Origin: Mobula hypostoma | Taxonomy: Eukaryota | DNA: 64,000 nt | Direction: 5' to 3' | Assembly: GCF_963921235.1 (NCBI RefSeq) | Contig: NC_086097.1 | Coordinates: 17,422,001 to 17,486,000 of the forward strand | Shown here: piece after piece, positions 51,780 through 64,000 of the stretch | Layout: each line of letters starts with the position of its first letter | How positions within the stretch are numbered: the first letter of the stretch is position 1 | Program-made: the position numbers and the translations under genes | Notes under the pieces: generated by a model | Database searches by the model: none | Told to the model about the DNA's origin: nothing | The model's input: the letters and a program-made list of their open reading frames with translations, nothing else

Positions 51780-53368
51780 TGAGGGGTGATTGATAAGTTT
51801 GTGGCCCAAGGTAGAAGGAGATGTTATTAACTTCAAACTTTCTGCATCATTACTCAAAGAGCTGAACTGCATGTGCATGTAACGAGAGCTGTATAACTCA
51901 TGTTTGACAAATCTTATTGAATTTTTAGAAGAGGTTACTAGGAAAATTTATGAGGGTAAAGTGGTGGATGTGGTCTATATGGACTTCAATAAGGCCTTTG
52001 ACAAGGTTCCACACGGAAGGTTAGTTAGGAAGGTTCAATCGTTAGGTATTAATGTCGAAGTAGTAAAATGGATTCAACAGTGGTTGGATGGGAGATGCCA
52101 GAGCGTAGTGGTGGATAACTGTTTGTCAAGTTGGAAGCCAGTGACTAGTGGTGTGCCTCAGGGATCTGTACTGGGTCCAATGTTGTTTGTCATATACATT
52201 AATAATCTGGATGATGGGGTGGTAAATTGGATTGGTAAGTATGCAGATGATACTAAGATAGGTGGCATTGTGGATAATGAAGCAGGTTTTCAAAGCTTGC
52301 AGAGAGATTTGGGCCAGTTAGACGAGTGGGCTGAAAGCTGGCAGATGGCGTTTAATGCTGATAAATATGAGGTGCTACATTTTGGTAGGACTAATCAAAA
52401 TAGGACATACATGTTAAATGCTAGGGCATTGAAGAATGCAGTAGAACAGAGGGATCTAGGAATAATGGTGCATAGTTCTCTGAAGGTGGAATCTCATGTA
52501 GATAGGGTGGTGAAGAAAGCTTTTGGTATGATGGCCTTTATAAATCAGAGCATTGAGTATAGGAGTTGGGATGTAATATTAAAATTGTACAAGGCATTGG
52601 TGAGGTCAAATTTGGAGTATTATGTACAGTTCTGGTCACCAAATTATAGGAAAGATGTCAACAAAATAGAGAGAGTACAGAGAAGATTTACTAGAATGTT
52701 ACCTGGGTTTCAACACCTCAGTTACAGAGAAACGTTGAACAAGTTAGGTCTTTATTCTTTGGAGCGTAGAAGGTTGAGGGTGACTTGATAGAGGTATTTA
52801 AAATTATGAGGGAGATAGAGTTGACGTGGATAGGCTTTTTCCATTGAGAGTAGAGGGAGATTCAAACAAGAGGACATGAGTTGAGAGTTAAGGGGCAAAA
52901 GTTTAGGGGTAACACGAGGGGGAACTTCTTTACTCAGAGAGTGGTAGTGGTGTGGAACGAGCTGCCAGTAGAAGTGGTAGAGGCAGGTTCGATTTTGTCA
53001 TTTTAAAAAAATTGGATAGGTATATGGACAGGAAAGGAATGGAGGGTTATGGGCTGAGTGCAGGTAGATGGGACTAGGTGAGAATAAGCGTTCGGCACGG
53101 ACTAGAAGGGTTGAGATGGCCTGTTTCCGTGCTGTTATTGTTATATGGTTAAAAAACTCATCTCCTTCTACCTTAGGCCACAAACGTATCAGTCACCCCC
53201 GCTGTGGACCACTTTCTGGAGGTCCAAGACGCTGACTTCTACAAAGAAGGGATCCGTATGCTCTACGACCGCTGGACTAAATGTATAAATGTAGGAAAAA
53301 TAAACGTGCTAGGTTTTCCAAAATTGACTCCTTCTATCTCAGGCCACAAATTTATCAATCATCCCCCG
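51780..53368 (+). mobile_element. Second copy of the same mariner element, split by a CR1
   Basis: Same TIRs; transposase tail DFYKEGIRMLYDRWTKCINVG near 53235-53295. Confidence 0.85.
51902..53154 (+). mobile_element. CR1 LINE 3' portion (RT)
   Basis: YMDFNKAFDKVPH, SGVPQGSVLGP, YADD; TSD AACTCAT. Confidence 0.93.
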
Positions 53369-55935
53369 TAGATGAGGAAGGACTGGAAAAGGGTTCCTTT
53401 GAGCATAACTGGAATGGTTGGTTGTGCTGAACAGCTTGTTTCTATGTATATATCATGTATAAAACCTTAGACTTCTATACTTGAGGAAAGTGATCTTAAG
53501 TTTGCAAAGTATTGGCCATTTCCATTTCAACCCTTCACAAGGATGCCTAAAGTCTTCTGTTACTGAGAGAGTAATCTAATTAATTTCCCTTGCTCTTGTA
53601 TATAGTTATGTGATGAGATCATTTAAAATCTAATTGAGGTACAGTATTTGTTTAGATCAGTAATTAGAAAAAATGTTTAAATAGTTTTAATATATTATAA
53701 ATTCAATTTTATAGCTGATGTAATATCTTGAACTTACTAAATATTTTTGTGTTCTGTGGCATTGCTTAGAGATTTTATTGTAACTTGGAGTGCCATCGTT
53801 GCAGCAAGCGACCATAAGACCATAAAATATAAGAGCAGAATTAGTCAATTTGGCCCATCGAGTCTGTTCCTCCATTTCATCATGGCTGATCTATTTCCCT
53901 CTCAGCCCCAATCTCCTGCCTTCTCCCCGTACCCCTTCATGTCCTGACCAATCAAGAAGCTATCAACCTTTGTCTTAAATATTCCAAAGACTTGGCCTCC
54001 ATAACTGCTATGGAAATGAATTCCACAGATTCATCACTGTCTGGCTAAAGAAATTCCTCATCATCTCCATTTCGAAGTATGTATTCTGAAGGAGTAAACA
54101 CTTAGAAGGATTTGAAATTATGTTTGTGAGAACCAGTTTTTTTATTCATCCTTGTAGCTGGATTATATATATATATAAAGTAAATGTGCTCCCTTCATAT
54201 GTAGTTGCATATTTATTTATCTGGATAATATGAGGAATTTGCACCGTGGGAAATAAATTGCCACCTGCTGGAGAGAAGAACATGTGGTAGCACTAGTTTT
54301 AAGTTCAATGATATTAGCAATGAAAGGAAAATAGCAATGTAGAATTACAGAGTGTTGTGGCCTCCAGTAGCTGAGATACCTAATCCTACAAAAGAACATT
54401 TAGAGTACAACAGAACAGATTATTGCATTCATTGGGTTATTTTATTACTCCAAAACAAAGAGAACAATGTTTAGCCTTAAAACTCCAATGTTGGCTTCAG
54501 AGCTTTATGATATCATGATACTTAGCTTATACAGAATAAAAGCTGTCACACATAAAATACGTTTGTAAATTCTAAGCACAAAAACATGTTGCATATACCT
54601 AGTTAAATCTTTCTGCTGATATTAATAGCTTTGGAAGAACAACTGCATCACACTTCCCCCTGAGAAGTGTATTTCTCTAATGGAATTGTTACAGGATACA
54701 TTTCAAGTACAGAAAAGCATTATTAAATTTAATATGACAAATCCTGCATTTATCTGTCTTCCCAATTTAATATAACTTAATAATGCAGCTTAAAAGAATT
54801 TATTAGACTAATTGGAGAGGTATAAGGCATCAGAGGTTTAAACTACAGCTGTTTACCTATGGGATCTTCCTTCGAATTCTTTCTGGTCTAATGGGATGGG
54901 AGTCTTTTCTGTCTGTATGTGTTAAGAGTAACAGTTGACTTGAACTGGTATGTCATTGCTGTGTTTTGAGTGGCAAGATATAATGTTCTTAATTTTGTAA
55001 TCATTTGTGCAACCTTCTCGCCGGGGTTTATACACTAACTTGGCTCATTCGTGGTAGGAATGCTGCCTTTCATAAGCAATACAGATCTAGGATTGGTATG
55101 ATTTGGGGTTCAACCAAACAACGTGATGTTCTGATTAAAAGGATCTCAATTTGAATGAATGCTGTGTAAATACTGCCCATACACAGTTAAAGGTAACCCA
55201 GAAAAGACAAATTGTACACCAGCATAAAATTATAAAGCAAGTACATTTACCGTTTTCAATAGGTACACTTAATATGAGAGAAATGTATACAAAATACATC
55301 CTGAAATTCTTTTTCTTCACAAACATCCACGAAAACAGACCCCTCCTATGCACAAGCAGCAGCAAGGCAATGACCACCCCCAGGGGCAAAAAAGCATCGG
55401 TGTCCTCCACCGAGCACTCAAGTGTGCAACAAAGCATCAATAAAGACACAGACTTGCAGTACCCCAAAGACTACTCATTTATCCAGTAATTCGACATACC
55501 ACAGGCTCTCTCTCTCTCCCTAATAAGGGAAAAAGAGGTGACCCTGATTCACAGCGAGAGGGGAGACATAACAAACAACTCGCTGATTTATAATATAAAA
55601 GTCTGTTGCATCGCTTTTTCCCAGCTCTGCACCCAGAGAAGCGGCCCCAAAGGCTCAGGTCTCTGGACACACAGCCCACAGCAGCTAACCCACTGCTCCC
55701 GATATTTCGTGTTCTCCCATGACGCTTCAGTCAGGGGCACCGGCCTAGAATCAGCCCGTCTCAAGAGCCACGAAAATCTGGCACCCTGAAGGCGTGCTAA
55801 TCTTCCAGGCCGCATCCTTGGGATATCAGAAAGCAGCTGGTCGCAAGGCCCTGAGAGCAGATCCCATTCCAGCAAAGGACTTAAGTCAGAGTGTAACTCC
55901 AGGTCAGGGTCTTTAAAAGAACCTTGAAAAAGATA

Positions 55936-56481
55936 GCAGCACACATCAAAGTTGCTGGTGAACGCAGCAGGCCAGGCAGCATCTCTAGGAAGAGGTATAG
56001 TCGACGTTTCGGGCTGAGACCCTTCGTCAGGACTAACTGAAAGAAGAGCTAGTAAGAGATTTGAAAGTGGGAGGGGGAGGGGGAGATCCAAAATGATGGG
56101 AGAAGACAGGAGGGGGAGGGATGGAGCCAAGAACTGGACAGTTGATCGGCAAAAGGGATATGAGAGGATCATGGGACAACCCTTTTCCTTCTCTCTGGCC
56201 CTCCTGTCCCATGATCCTCTCATATCCCTTTTGCCAATCAACTGTCCAGCTCTTGGCTCCATCCCTCCCCCTCCTGTCTTCTATCATTTGGATCTCCCCC
56301 TCCCCCTCCCACTTTCAAATCTCTTACTAGCTCTTCCTTCAGTTAGCCTTGACGAAGGGTCTCGGTCCGAAACGTCGACTGTACCTCTTCCTAGAAATGC
56401 TGCCTGGCCTGCTGTGTTCACCAGCAACTTTGATGTGTGTTGCTTGAATTTCCAGCATCTGCAGAATTCCTTGTGTTTGTG
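55936..56481. mobile_element. Fold-back Penelope 3'-UTR insertion
   Basis: About 240-bp diverged inverted arms (55936-56178/56205-56443); 12-bp TSD TTGAAAAAGATA (55924-55935/56482-56493). Confidence 0.9.
55998..56035 (-). ncRNA. Minimal hammerhead ribozyme motif (variant stem II)
   Basis: UAGUC-CUGACGA-AGGGUCUCAGCCC-GAAA-CGUC-GACUA. The partner copy at 56344-56381 has a mutated core (UUGACGA). Confidence 0.65.
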
Positions 56482-57052
56482 TTGAAAAAGATAAAAAGAG
56501 ATTTCAGAGTTAGAAATAGAGCTGTTCCAAAGATGCAAGCAAACGAGTCACCGCTTAGCGCCATCATAACTTCGCTCCACCCCTCCGTCTTAACAGAGAA
56601 AGAAAAAGAAAGATAAAAGGGCCCATTACAGTTAAACCATTCTAAATGTGCACATAAGTGTTGGAGCTAATTTCTGCAGTACCTGGGTGTACAGCTTTAC
56701 TCACATCGCACAATTCTCATCACCAACCACAGTTAGAACTTCTCTTCTTGGAATCCTTGGCCTTGTGAAGCACTCCTTACAAAACCGTCTCCCCTTCAAA
56801 TGGGTTCCTCCAGGCATCTTCGCTGGTGCACTTCTCCCCATACGTCCCAACAAAAATCCCCAAACCAGACTACCGTTCTTCAGAAATCTCTTCCTGACCA
56901 CCTCTCCAGAACTTTCTTTCACATCCCACAACTCTGATTGGCTGAAACAACTTTCCTAAGTTGGACAACATGGCTCCTTATCTTTAACCAAAGTCAAAAC
57001 ACTCTTTCCAGCAGGGCACACCACTTTAACAGAAAACTGCTAAACTAAAATA

Positions 57053-59710
57053 TCCCAACCCTCCCCTCTCCACTAACACCAGCCTCCCTCCCCCTCCATC
57101 CTCAGATCCCGGCTCTCATCTGTGCCGGGTCTTTACCATCCCCTCCGACCTTCAACTCTTTGAGGCAGAGCGCTCTGTCCTCAGTACAGGCCTTACCTTT
57201 GTCCCCCTTCGCCCACACCTCAGTGAGTTCCGCGTGCGTCATGACACTGAACTCTTCTTCCGCCGGCTCCATCTTCAAGCCTACTTCTTCGGCAAGGACT
57301 CTCCTACCCCCACCGATGACCCCTTCTCCCATCTTCAACCCTCCTCCTCTTCATGGACACCCTGCTCTGGCCTTCTGCCTGCTCTGGATCCCTTTATTGC
57401 TAACTGTCAACGGGACATCAACCATCTCAACTTCACCACACCTTGTTCCAATTCCAACTTCACTCCTTCCGAATGCTCTGCTCTCCAATCCCTCCGCACC
57501 AATCCTAACCTTACTATAAAACCTGCTGATAAGGGAGGGCACTGTTGTTGTCTGGCTTACTGACCTCTACCTTGCCGAGGCACAGTGACAACTCGCTGAT
57601 ACCTCCTCTTATTTACCCCTCGATCATGACCCCACTAAGGAGCATCAGGCCATTGTCTCCCACACCATCACCAACCTTATTAGCTCTGGGGATCTCCCAT
57701 GCACTGCCACCAACCTCATAGTTCCCACACCCCGCACTTCCCATTTCTACCTCCTACCCAAGATCCACAAACCTGCCTGTTCAGGTAGACCCATTGTTTC
57801 AGCTTGCTCCTGCCCTACCAAACTCATTTCTGCATAACTTGACACTGTTTTATCCCCCCTTGTTCAACCTCTTTCCACCTATGTTTGTGACACTTCTCAT
57901 GCTCTGAATTTTTTCAATAATTTTAATTTCCCTGGCTCCCACCGCCTTACTTTCACCATGGATGTCCAGTCCCTATATACCTCCATCCCCCACCAGGAAG
58001 GTCTCAAAGCTCTCAGCTTTTTTTTGGATTCCAGATCTAACCAGTTCCCCTCTACCACCATTCTCCTCCGTCTAGCAGAATTAGTCCTTACTCTTAGTAA
58101 TTTCTCCTTTGGCACCTCCCACTTCCTCCAAACTAAAGGTGTAGCCATGGGCACCCATATGGGTCCCAGCTATGCGTGCCTTTTTGTTGGCTTTGTGGAA
58201 CAGTCCATGTTCCAAGCGTATACTGGTATCTATCCCCCACTTTTCCTTCGCTACATCGACGACTGCATTGGCGCTGCTTTCTGCACGCATACTGAGCTTG
58301 TTAACTTCATTAACTTTGCCTCCAACTTTCACCCTGCCCTCAAATTTACCTGGTCCATTTCCAACACCTCCCTCCCCTTTCTTGATCTTTCTGTCTCTAT
58401 CTCTGGAGACAGCTTATCTACTGATGTCTACTATAAGCCTTCGGACTCTCACAGCTACCTGGACTATTCCTCTTCCCACCTTGTCTCTTGCAAAAATGCC
58501 ATGCCCTTCTCACAATTCCTACATCTCCACTGCATCTGCTCTCAGGATGAGGCCTTTCATTCCAGGACGAAGGAGATGTCTTCCTTTTTTAAAGAAAGGG
58601 GCTACCCTTCCTCCACCATCAACTCTGCTCTCAAGCGCATCTCTCTCATTTCACGCAGATCTGCTCTCACCCCATCCCCCCCCCGCCACCCCACTAGGGA
58701 TAGGGTACCCCTTGTCCCCACCAGCCTCCGGGTCCAACATATAATTCTCCGTAACTTCCACCACCTCCAACAGGATCCCACCACCAAGCACATCTTTCCC
58801 TTCACCCCCTTTCTGCTTTCTACAGGGATCTCTCCCTATGCGACTCCCTTGTCCATTCATCTCCCCATCCCTTCCCACCGATCTCCCTCCCGGCACTTAT
58901 CCTTGTAAGCGGAACATCTGCTACACATGCCCTTACACTTCCTCCCTTACCACCATTCAGGGCCCCAGACAGTCCCTCCAGTTGAGGCGACACTTCACCT
59001 GTGAGTTGGCTGGGGTGATATACTGTGTCCGGTACGGCCTTCTATATATTGGCAAGACCATTTCGCTGAACACGTACGCTCTGTCCGCCAGAGAAAGCAG
59101 GATCTCCCAGTGGCCACACATTTTAATTTCATGTCCCATTCCCATTCTGATATGTCAGTCCCTGGCCTCCTCTACTGTCAAGATGAAGGCACACTCAGGT
59201 TGGAGGAACAACACCTTATATTCCATCTGGGTAGCCTCCAACCCGATGGCATGAACATTGACTTCTCTAGCTTCTGTTAATGGCCCTCCTCCCGTTCTTA
59301 CCCCATACCTTATTTATTTATTTATTTGTTTGTTTATTTTTTCCTTTTCTCTCTCTGTCTCTCTCACAATAACTCCTTGCTCGTTCTCCATCTTCCTCTG
59401 ACACTCCCCTCCCCCTTTCTTTCTCTCTAGTCCTCCTGTCCCATGATCCTCTCCCTTCTCCAGCCTTGTATCCCTTTTGCCAATCACCTGTCCAGCTCTT
59501 GGCTCTATCCCTCCCCCTCCTGTCTTCTCCTATCATTTCGGATCTCCCCATCCCCCTCCCACTTTCAAATCTCTTACTATCTCTTCTTTCAGTTAGTCCT
59601 GACGTCAACTGTGATTCTTCTTATGGATGCTGTCTGGCCTGCTGCGTTCCACCAGCATTTTGTGTGTGTTGCTTGAATTTCCAGCATCTGCAGATTTCCT
59701 CATGTTTGCG
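57053..59710 (+). mobile_element. Near-full-length decayed Penelope-like element
   Basis: IKPADKGG, MDVQSLYTSIP, GVAMGT.MGPSYA and RYIDD RT motifs; broken GIY-YIG; same 3' UTR; 11-bp TSD AAACTAAAATA (57042-57052/59711-59721). Confidence 0.92.
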
Positions 59711-60114
59711 AAACTAAAATACCTCACAGCATAGCTGTAGAAATCTAAACCACGGCATTACAAAGATTTAAAGTAGGTAACAGAAGGGGTATTATGAGAA
59801 TTCTAAAGTAACTTTTTAATAAGGGATGCTGCTATGAGAATGGAAGTAGGATGTTTTATTGGACTATAGAGGAAGTCATAATCAATATCTGTCCCTGCAA
59901 TATCTCATTGGGATTGATTGATGCTAACTCAAGGTGTCAAAAATCCTCCAGAAATTATGTCCCATGAAGTGATGGTCAGAATTTTTTTTGAATACATAAA
60001 ATTTTAACTGATTTGATGCAAGTGTGATATCAAACTAAACTAAATTATTACTTTAATCATTTCAGACAAGGTATATGATAGTGTTTGCAAATGTTAGCTT
60101 TTCTTTTAATTAGA

Positions 60115-61225
60115 GTCATATATTCATGGAGCACTACACAACAAAAAAGGCCCCTCAGGCAGTCTAGTCTGTGCTGAGCCACTAATCTGCTTAGTCCATT
60201 GGACCAGCACCAAGATCATAGTCCTCCAAATCCCCTCTCATCCATGTACCTACCCAAATTTCTCTTTAATGTTGAAATCGACCCTGCATCCACCATTTGT
60301 GCTGGCAGCTCATTCTATGCTCTCAACCTCCTTTGAGTGAAGAAGTTACCACTCATGTTCCCTTAAATATTTCACCTTTTACCCTTAACCCATGACTTCT
60401 AGTTGTAGTCTCACCCAACCTTAATAGACAAACCTTGCTTGCACTTACCCTATCTGTACCCCTCATAATTCTGTATACCTCTATCAAATTTCCCCTTAAT
60501 TTTCTATGTTTCAGGGAATAGAGTCATAACCTATTCCCTATAGTTCAGGTCCTCAAGTCCCAGCAACATCCTTGTAAATTTTCTCTGCACTCATTCAATC
60601 TTATTTACATCTTTCCTGTAGGTGACCAAAACTGCACACCAATTAAGCCTCACCAACACTTTATGCAATTTCAACATAACATCCCAGCTCCTGTACTCAG
60701 TGCATTGATTTATGAAGGCCAATGTGCAAAAAGCTTTCTTTATGAACCCATCTAACTGTAACATCATTTTCAAGGAATGATGGATCTGTATTCCAAGATC
60801 CCTCTGTTTACCACACTCCTCAGTGCCCTACTGCTCACTGTGTAAGATCTACCCTGGTTGGTCCTTCCAAAGTGCAATACCTCACACTTGTCTGTATTAA
60901 ATTCCATCTGCCATTTTTCAGCCCGTTTTTCCAGCTGGTTCAGATCCTGCTGCAAGCTTTGATAGCCTTCCTCACTATTCAATACACTCCCAATCTTGGT
61001 GTCATCTGCAAATTTGCTTGTCCAGTTAACCACATTATCATCCAGATTGTTGATGTAGATGACAAACAACAATGGACCCAGCAACGATTCCTGTAGCACA
61101 TTCTAGTCACAGGCCTCCAGTCAGAGGGGTCTCTACAACAACTCTCTGGTTTCTTCTAGGAAATCCAATTTACTACCTCATCTGGAATGTCAAACGACCA
61201 AACCTTCTTGACCAACCTCCCTTCT
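60115..61225 (-). mobile_element. Decayed CR1
   Basis: LGPLLFVIYIN..KFADDTK..WQMEFN. Confidence 0.85.
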
Positions 61226-62019
61226 GATACCAGAATCAGAATCAGATTTAATATCACTGGCATATGTCGTGAAATTTGCTGTAATGCAGCAGAAATACAT
61301 GATAATACATAACAATAGAGAAAAAATGTGAATTACTGTATATATATACTGTAATTCATATTTTATTATGTATATATAGTACATATAATAGTTACATTAA
61401 ATGACTAATGCAAATAAAAAAAGTAGTGAGATACTGTTCATGGGTTCAATGTTCATTCAGAAATCTAATGGCAGAAAGGAAGAAGCTGTTCCGGAATCAC
61501 TGAGTGTGTGCCTTCAGGCCCCTGTACTTCCTCCCCAGTAGAAGCAATGAGAAGAGGGAATGTACTGGGTGATGGGACAGGTGAATCAATACTCAATTTT
61601 TAAAAAATGGACAAAATATTAAAATACTCACAATTATTTCCTACTTGCATCTTCCTAGTAAGTCTGTAACAGTAATTTATATAGTTCAAAAACAACATTT
61701 TAGAAAAATTATATATAAAAAATATTCAGAATTTCTATTCAACGAAATTATTCATGTATCTCTTTGGAAGTTTTTACTTGTTGATATGAATAATCATAAA
61801 AAACAATGGAGTTTCCACTCTCATCGTCTACCAGTTATTATCTGGTATTTTTGTTGATTTTTTAAATCTATTTTTTGGTTTTAGGTACTTGACGGTGTAC
61901 ATTTCATACACTAAATATATTTCTACATTTTTCACTAGTACTTCGCCCTTTGTAAATCTCCTGCACTCTTATGAGTCTTGCATATCATATTGTTTTTACC
62001 TTATCTGATCATATTCATG

Positions 62020-63340
62020 GAGTCAGAGAGTCAAGGAGCATGAGAATGGGCCCTTTAGCCCACTGTGTTCATGCAGTTCATAATCTCATCTAAGTACTTC
62101 TCAAATGTATGAGTGTCTCAGAATCATCTACCTACTTAGTGCATTCCAGATTTCAATCAGCCTCTGGTTGAAAAAAATATTCCTCAAATTTCCTCTATCT
62201 AAATCTATATGGAATATTTACCTTTATTTTATGACCACTGGCTATAGACACCTCTAAATTTTCTCACTTATCTACTCTGTCTTTGTCCCTCATAATTTTC
62301 TATAATTCAATCCGATCCCTCTCAGTCTTCTCTGCTCTGAAGTCTACCCCAGACTATTCAGCATTTTCTCATAGCTGAAACACCTACACCATAAGACATA
62401 GGAGCAGAGTTAGGCCCATCAAGTCTACTCTGCCATTCCATCATGATTGATTTATTATTCCTCTCAACTCCCAATATCCTGCTGTCTTTCTGTAAACTTT
62501 TGATGCCCTTACTAATCAAGAACCACTTCAACCTCCACTTTAAATATACTCAACAACTTGGCCTCCACAGCTGTCTGTGGCAATGAAATCCACAGATTCA
62601 CCACACTCTAGCTGAAGAAATCCTGTTCTAAAGGGACATCCTTCTATTTTGAGGCTGTACCCTCTGGTCCTAGATTCCCTTACAGTAAGAAACATTCCTG
62701 TCCACATCCACTCTATCAAATTTGAGGTAATAGTCTGGCACAATTCCTCTGCACCCTCCTTAGTGCAATTACATACCTCCTGTAGAGTGGTAACAAGTAC
62801 TCTAGTTGTGACTTAACTAAAATCTATAAATTTTTTTTTGATAACCTCCCTTTTCAATACTTTATGCCCTAACAAATGAAGGCAAATCTCTGTCAAAGTC
62901 CCTCTCTTTTCCATAGTATGTCAGAGTGTCTTACTATTCATTATGTGTATTCTAACCTTTCAAAGTTCATTATTATTAAAGTCCACCTGCCATCTTACCA
63001 ACTTGTCAATATCAAACTCATCAGAAACTGCACACTTTGCTATCAGCAATATCACCAATTTACAGATCTACAAATTCATATCCAGATCATTAATGTGTGT
63101 AACAAACAGCAAAGACCCTGGCAGTAAACTCTTCATTACACCATTGGTTACTGATTTTTGTTTGCGAAACTGAACGTTTATATTTGCATTCTCTGACCAA
63201 TCAGCAAGCTAATTTTTAATCTAATTTGCCAAGTTGCCCCGAACTATACAGATCCTTATCATTTGGATCTGTCTCCCATGTGGGACTTAGTCAAAGACCT
63301 TACAGAAGTTTGTTTATTTTATAACTGTACCACCCTCATC
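62020..63340 (-). mobile_element. Old nested CR1 fragments
   Basis: CR1 3' UTRs near 62020 and 62389; degenerate ORF2. Confidence 0.65.
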
Positions 63341-64000
63341 AGTTCACTAACTAAGGTACAGGCCCTCACCCAGTTACGAAGAGCTGACCTATGGATATCG
63401 TATATGAGTGTGTATTTGGGTGACTGGAATGGATAGCCATTTCATCACCATCTAGATAACTGATGCCATTGCTACGTCAGTTTGTCTCTGGGTGAAAATA
63501 TTTACAGAAACGTATCATTTCTATTATTGATTGAAGCAAACTTGATAGTTATGGCCCTTTTGTAGTAGAATTTGATCAGAATCAGAATTATTTTATTATA
63601 TGATGCAAAATTGTTCTGCAGTAACAGTCCAGTGTAACTATATAAAATCACTATAAATTACAGAGCAATAAATTGTTCAAAACAAGGAATAACAAGGAAG
63701 TGTTCATGGGTTCATGGACCATTCAAAATTTGATGGCTGAGGAGAAGAAGCTGTTCCTGAACTGCTAAGTGTGGGTCTTCAGGCTCCTGCACCTCCTCCA
63801 TGATAGGAACAATGAGAAGAGGGTATGTCCCCTATGGTGAGGATTCATTGTGATTGATTCCATCTTGTTGAGGAACCAGTTTCAAAGATTGATGCATTTC
63901 CATCCAGAATTATGCAAGAACAACAGTAATATATTGGAATTTTGGTGCCTGTGTAAACATTTTCTTAAGATGAATCATACCATCAAGCTGAATATGTGGT

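Noticed and set aside
34226..64000. LTBP2 exon 2 after acceptor-like sites (36324, 42320, 45827, 61884)
   Set aside because: None gives the expected Cys-rich NVCG..CC.GW peptide by eye.

Overview
Vertebrate genomic DNA, probably from a cartilaginous fish (inferred from the CR1, Rex/Babar, Penelope and V-SINE repeat landscape); it is not prokaryotic. Much of the window is transposon-derived. The one well-supported host gene feature is a CpG-island first coding exon (33456-34225, +). It encodes a signal peptide and a long Arg/Ser/Pro-rich N-terminus ending RRLIG|gt, most like LTBP2; no exon 2 was found. Mobile elements: a full-length but defective Gypsy LTR retrotransposon (17144-21465; tRNA-Trp PBS, -1 frameshift cassette), a solo LTR, Tc1, mariner and Tigger DNA transposon relics, many LINE 3' ends, and several nested insertions. 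The most striking signal is a young Penelope-like (Neptune-type) family whose 3' UTR carries a minimal hammerhead ribozyme. It has inserted three times as fold-back structures of about 2090, 546 and 233 bp, each with a target-site duplication (TSD); the smallest is a near-perfect hairpin of two back-to-back hammerheads. A 5'-truncated CR1 is capped by (TTAGGG)4 inside its TSD, suggesting telomerase-assisted integration. Boundaries of old degenerate repeats are approximate and no database search was run.
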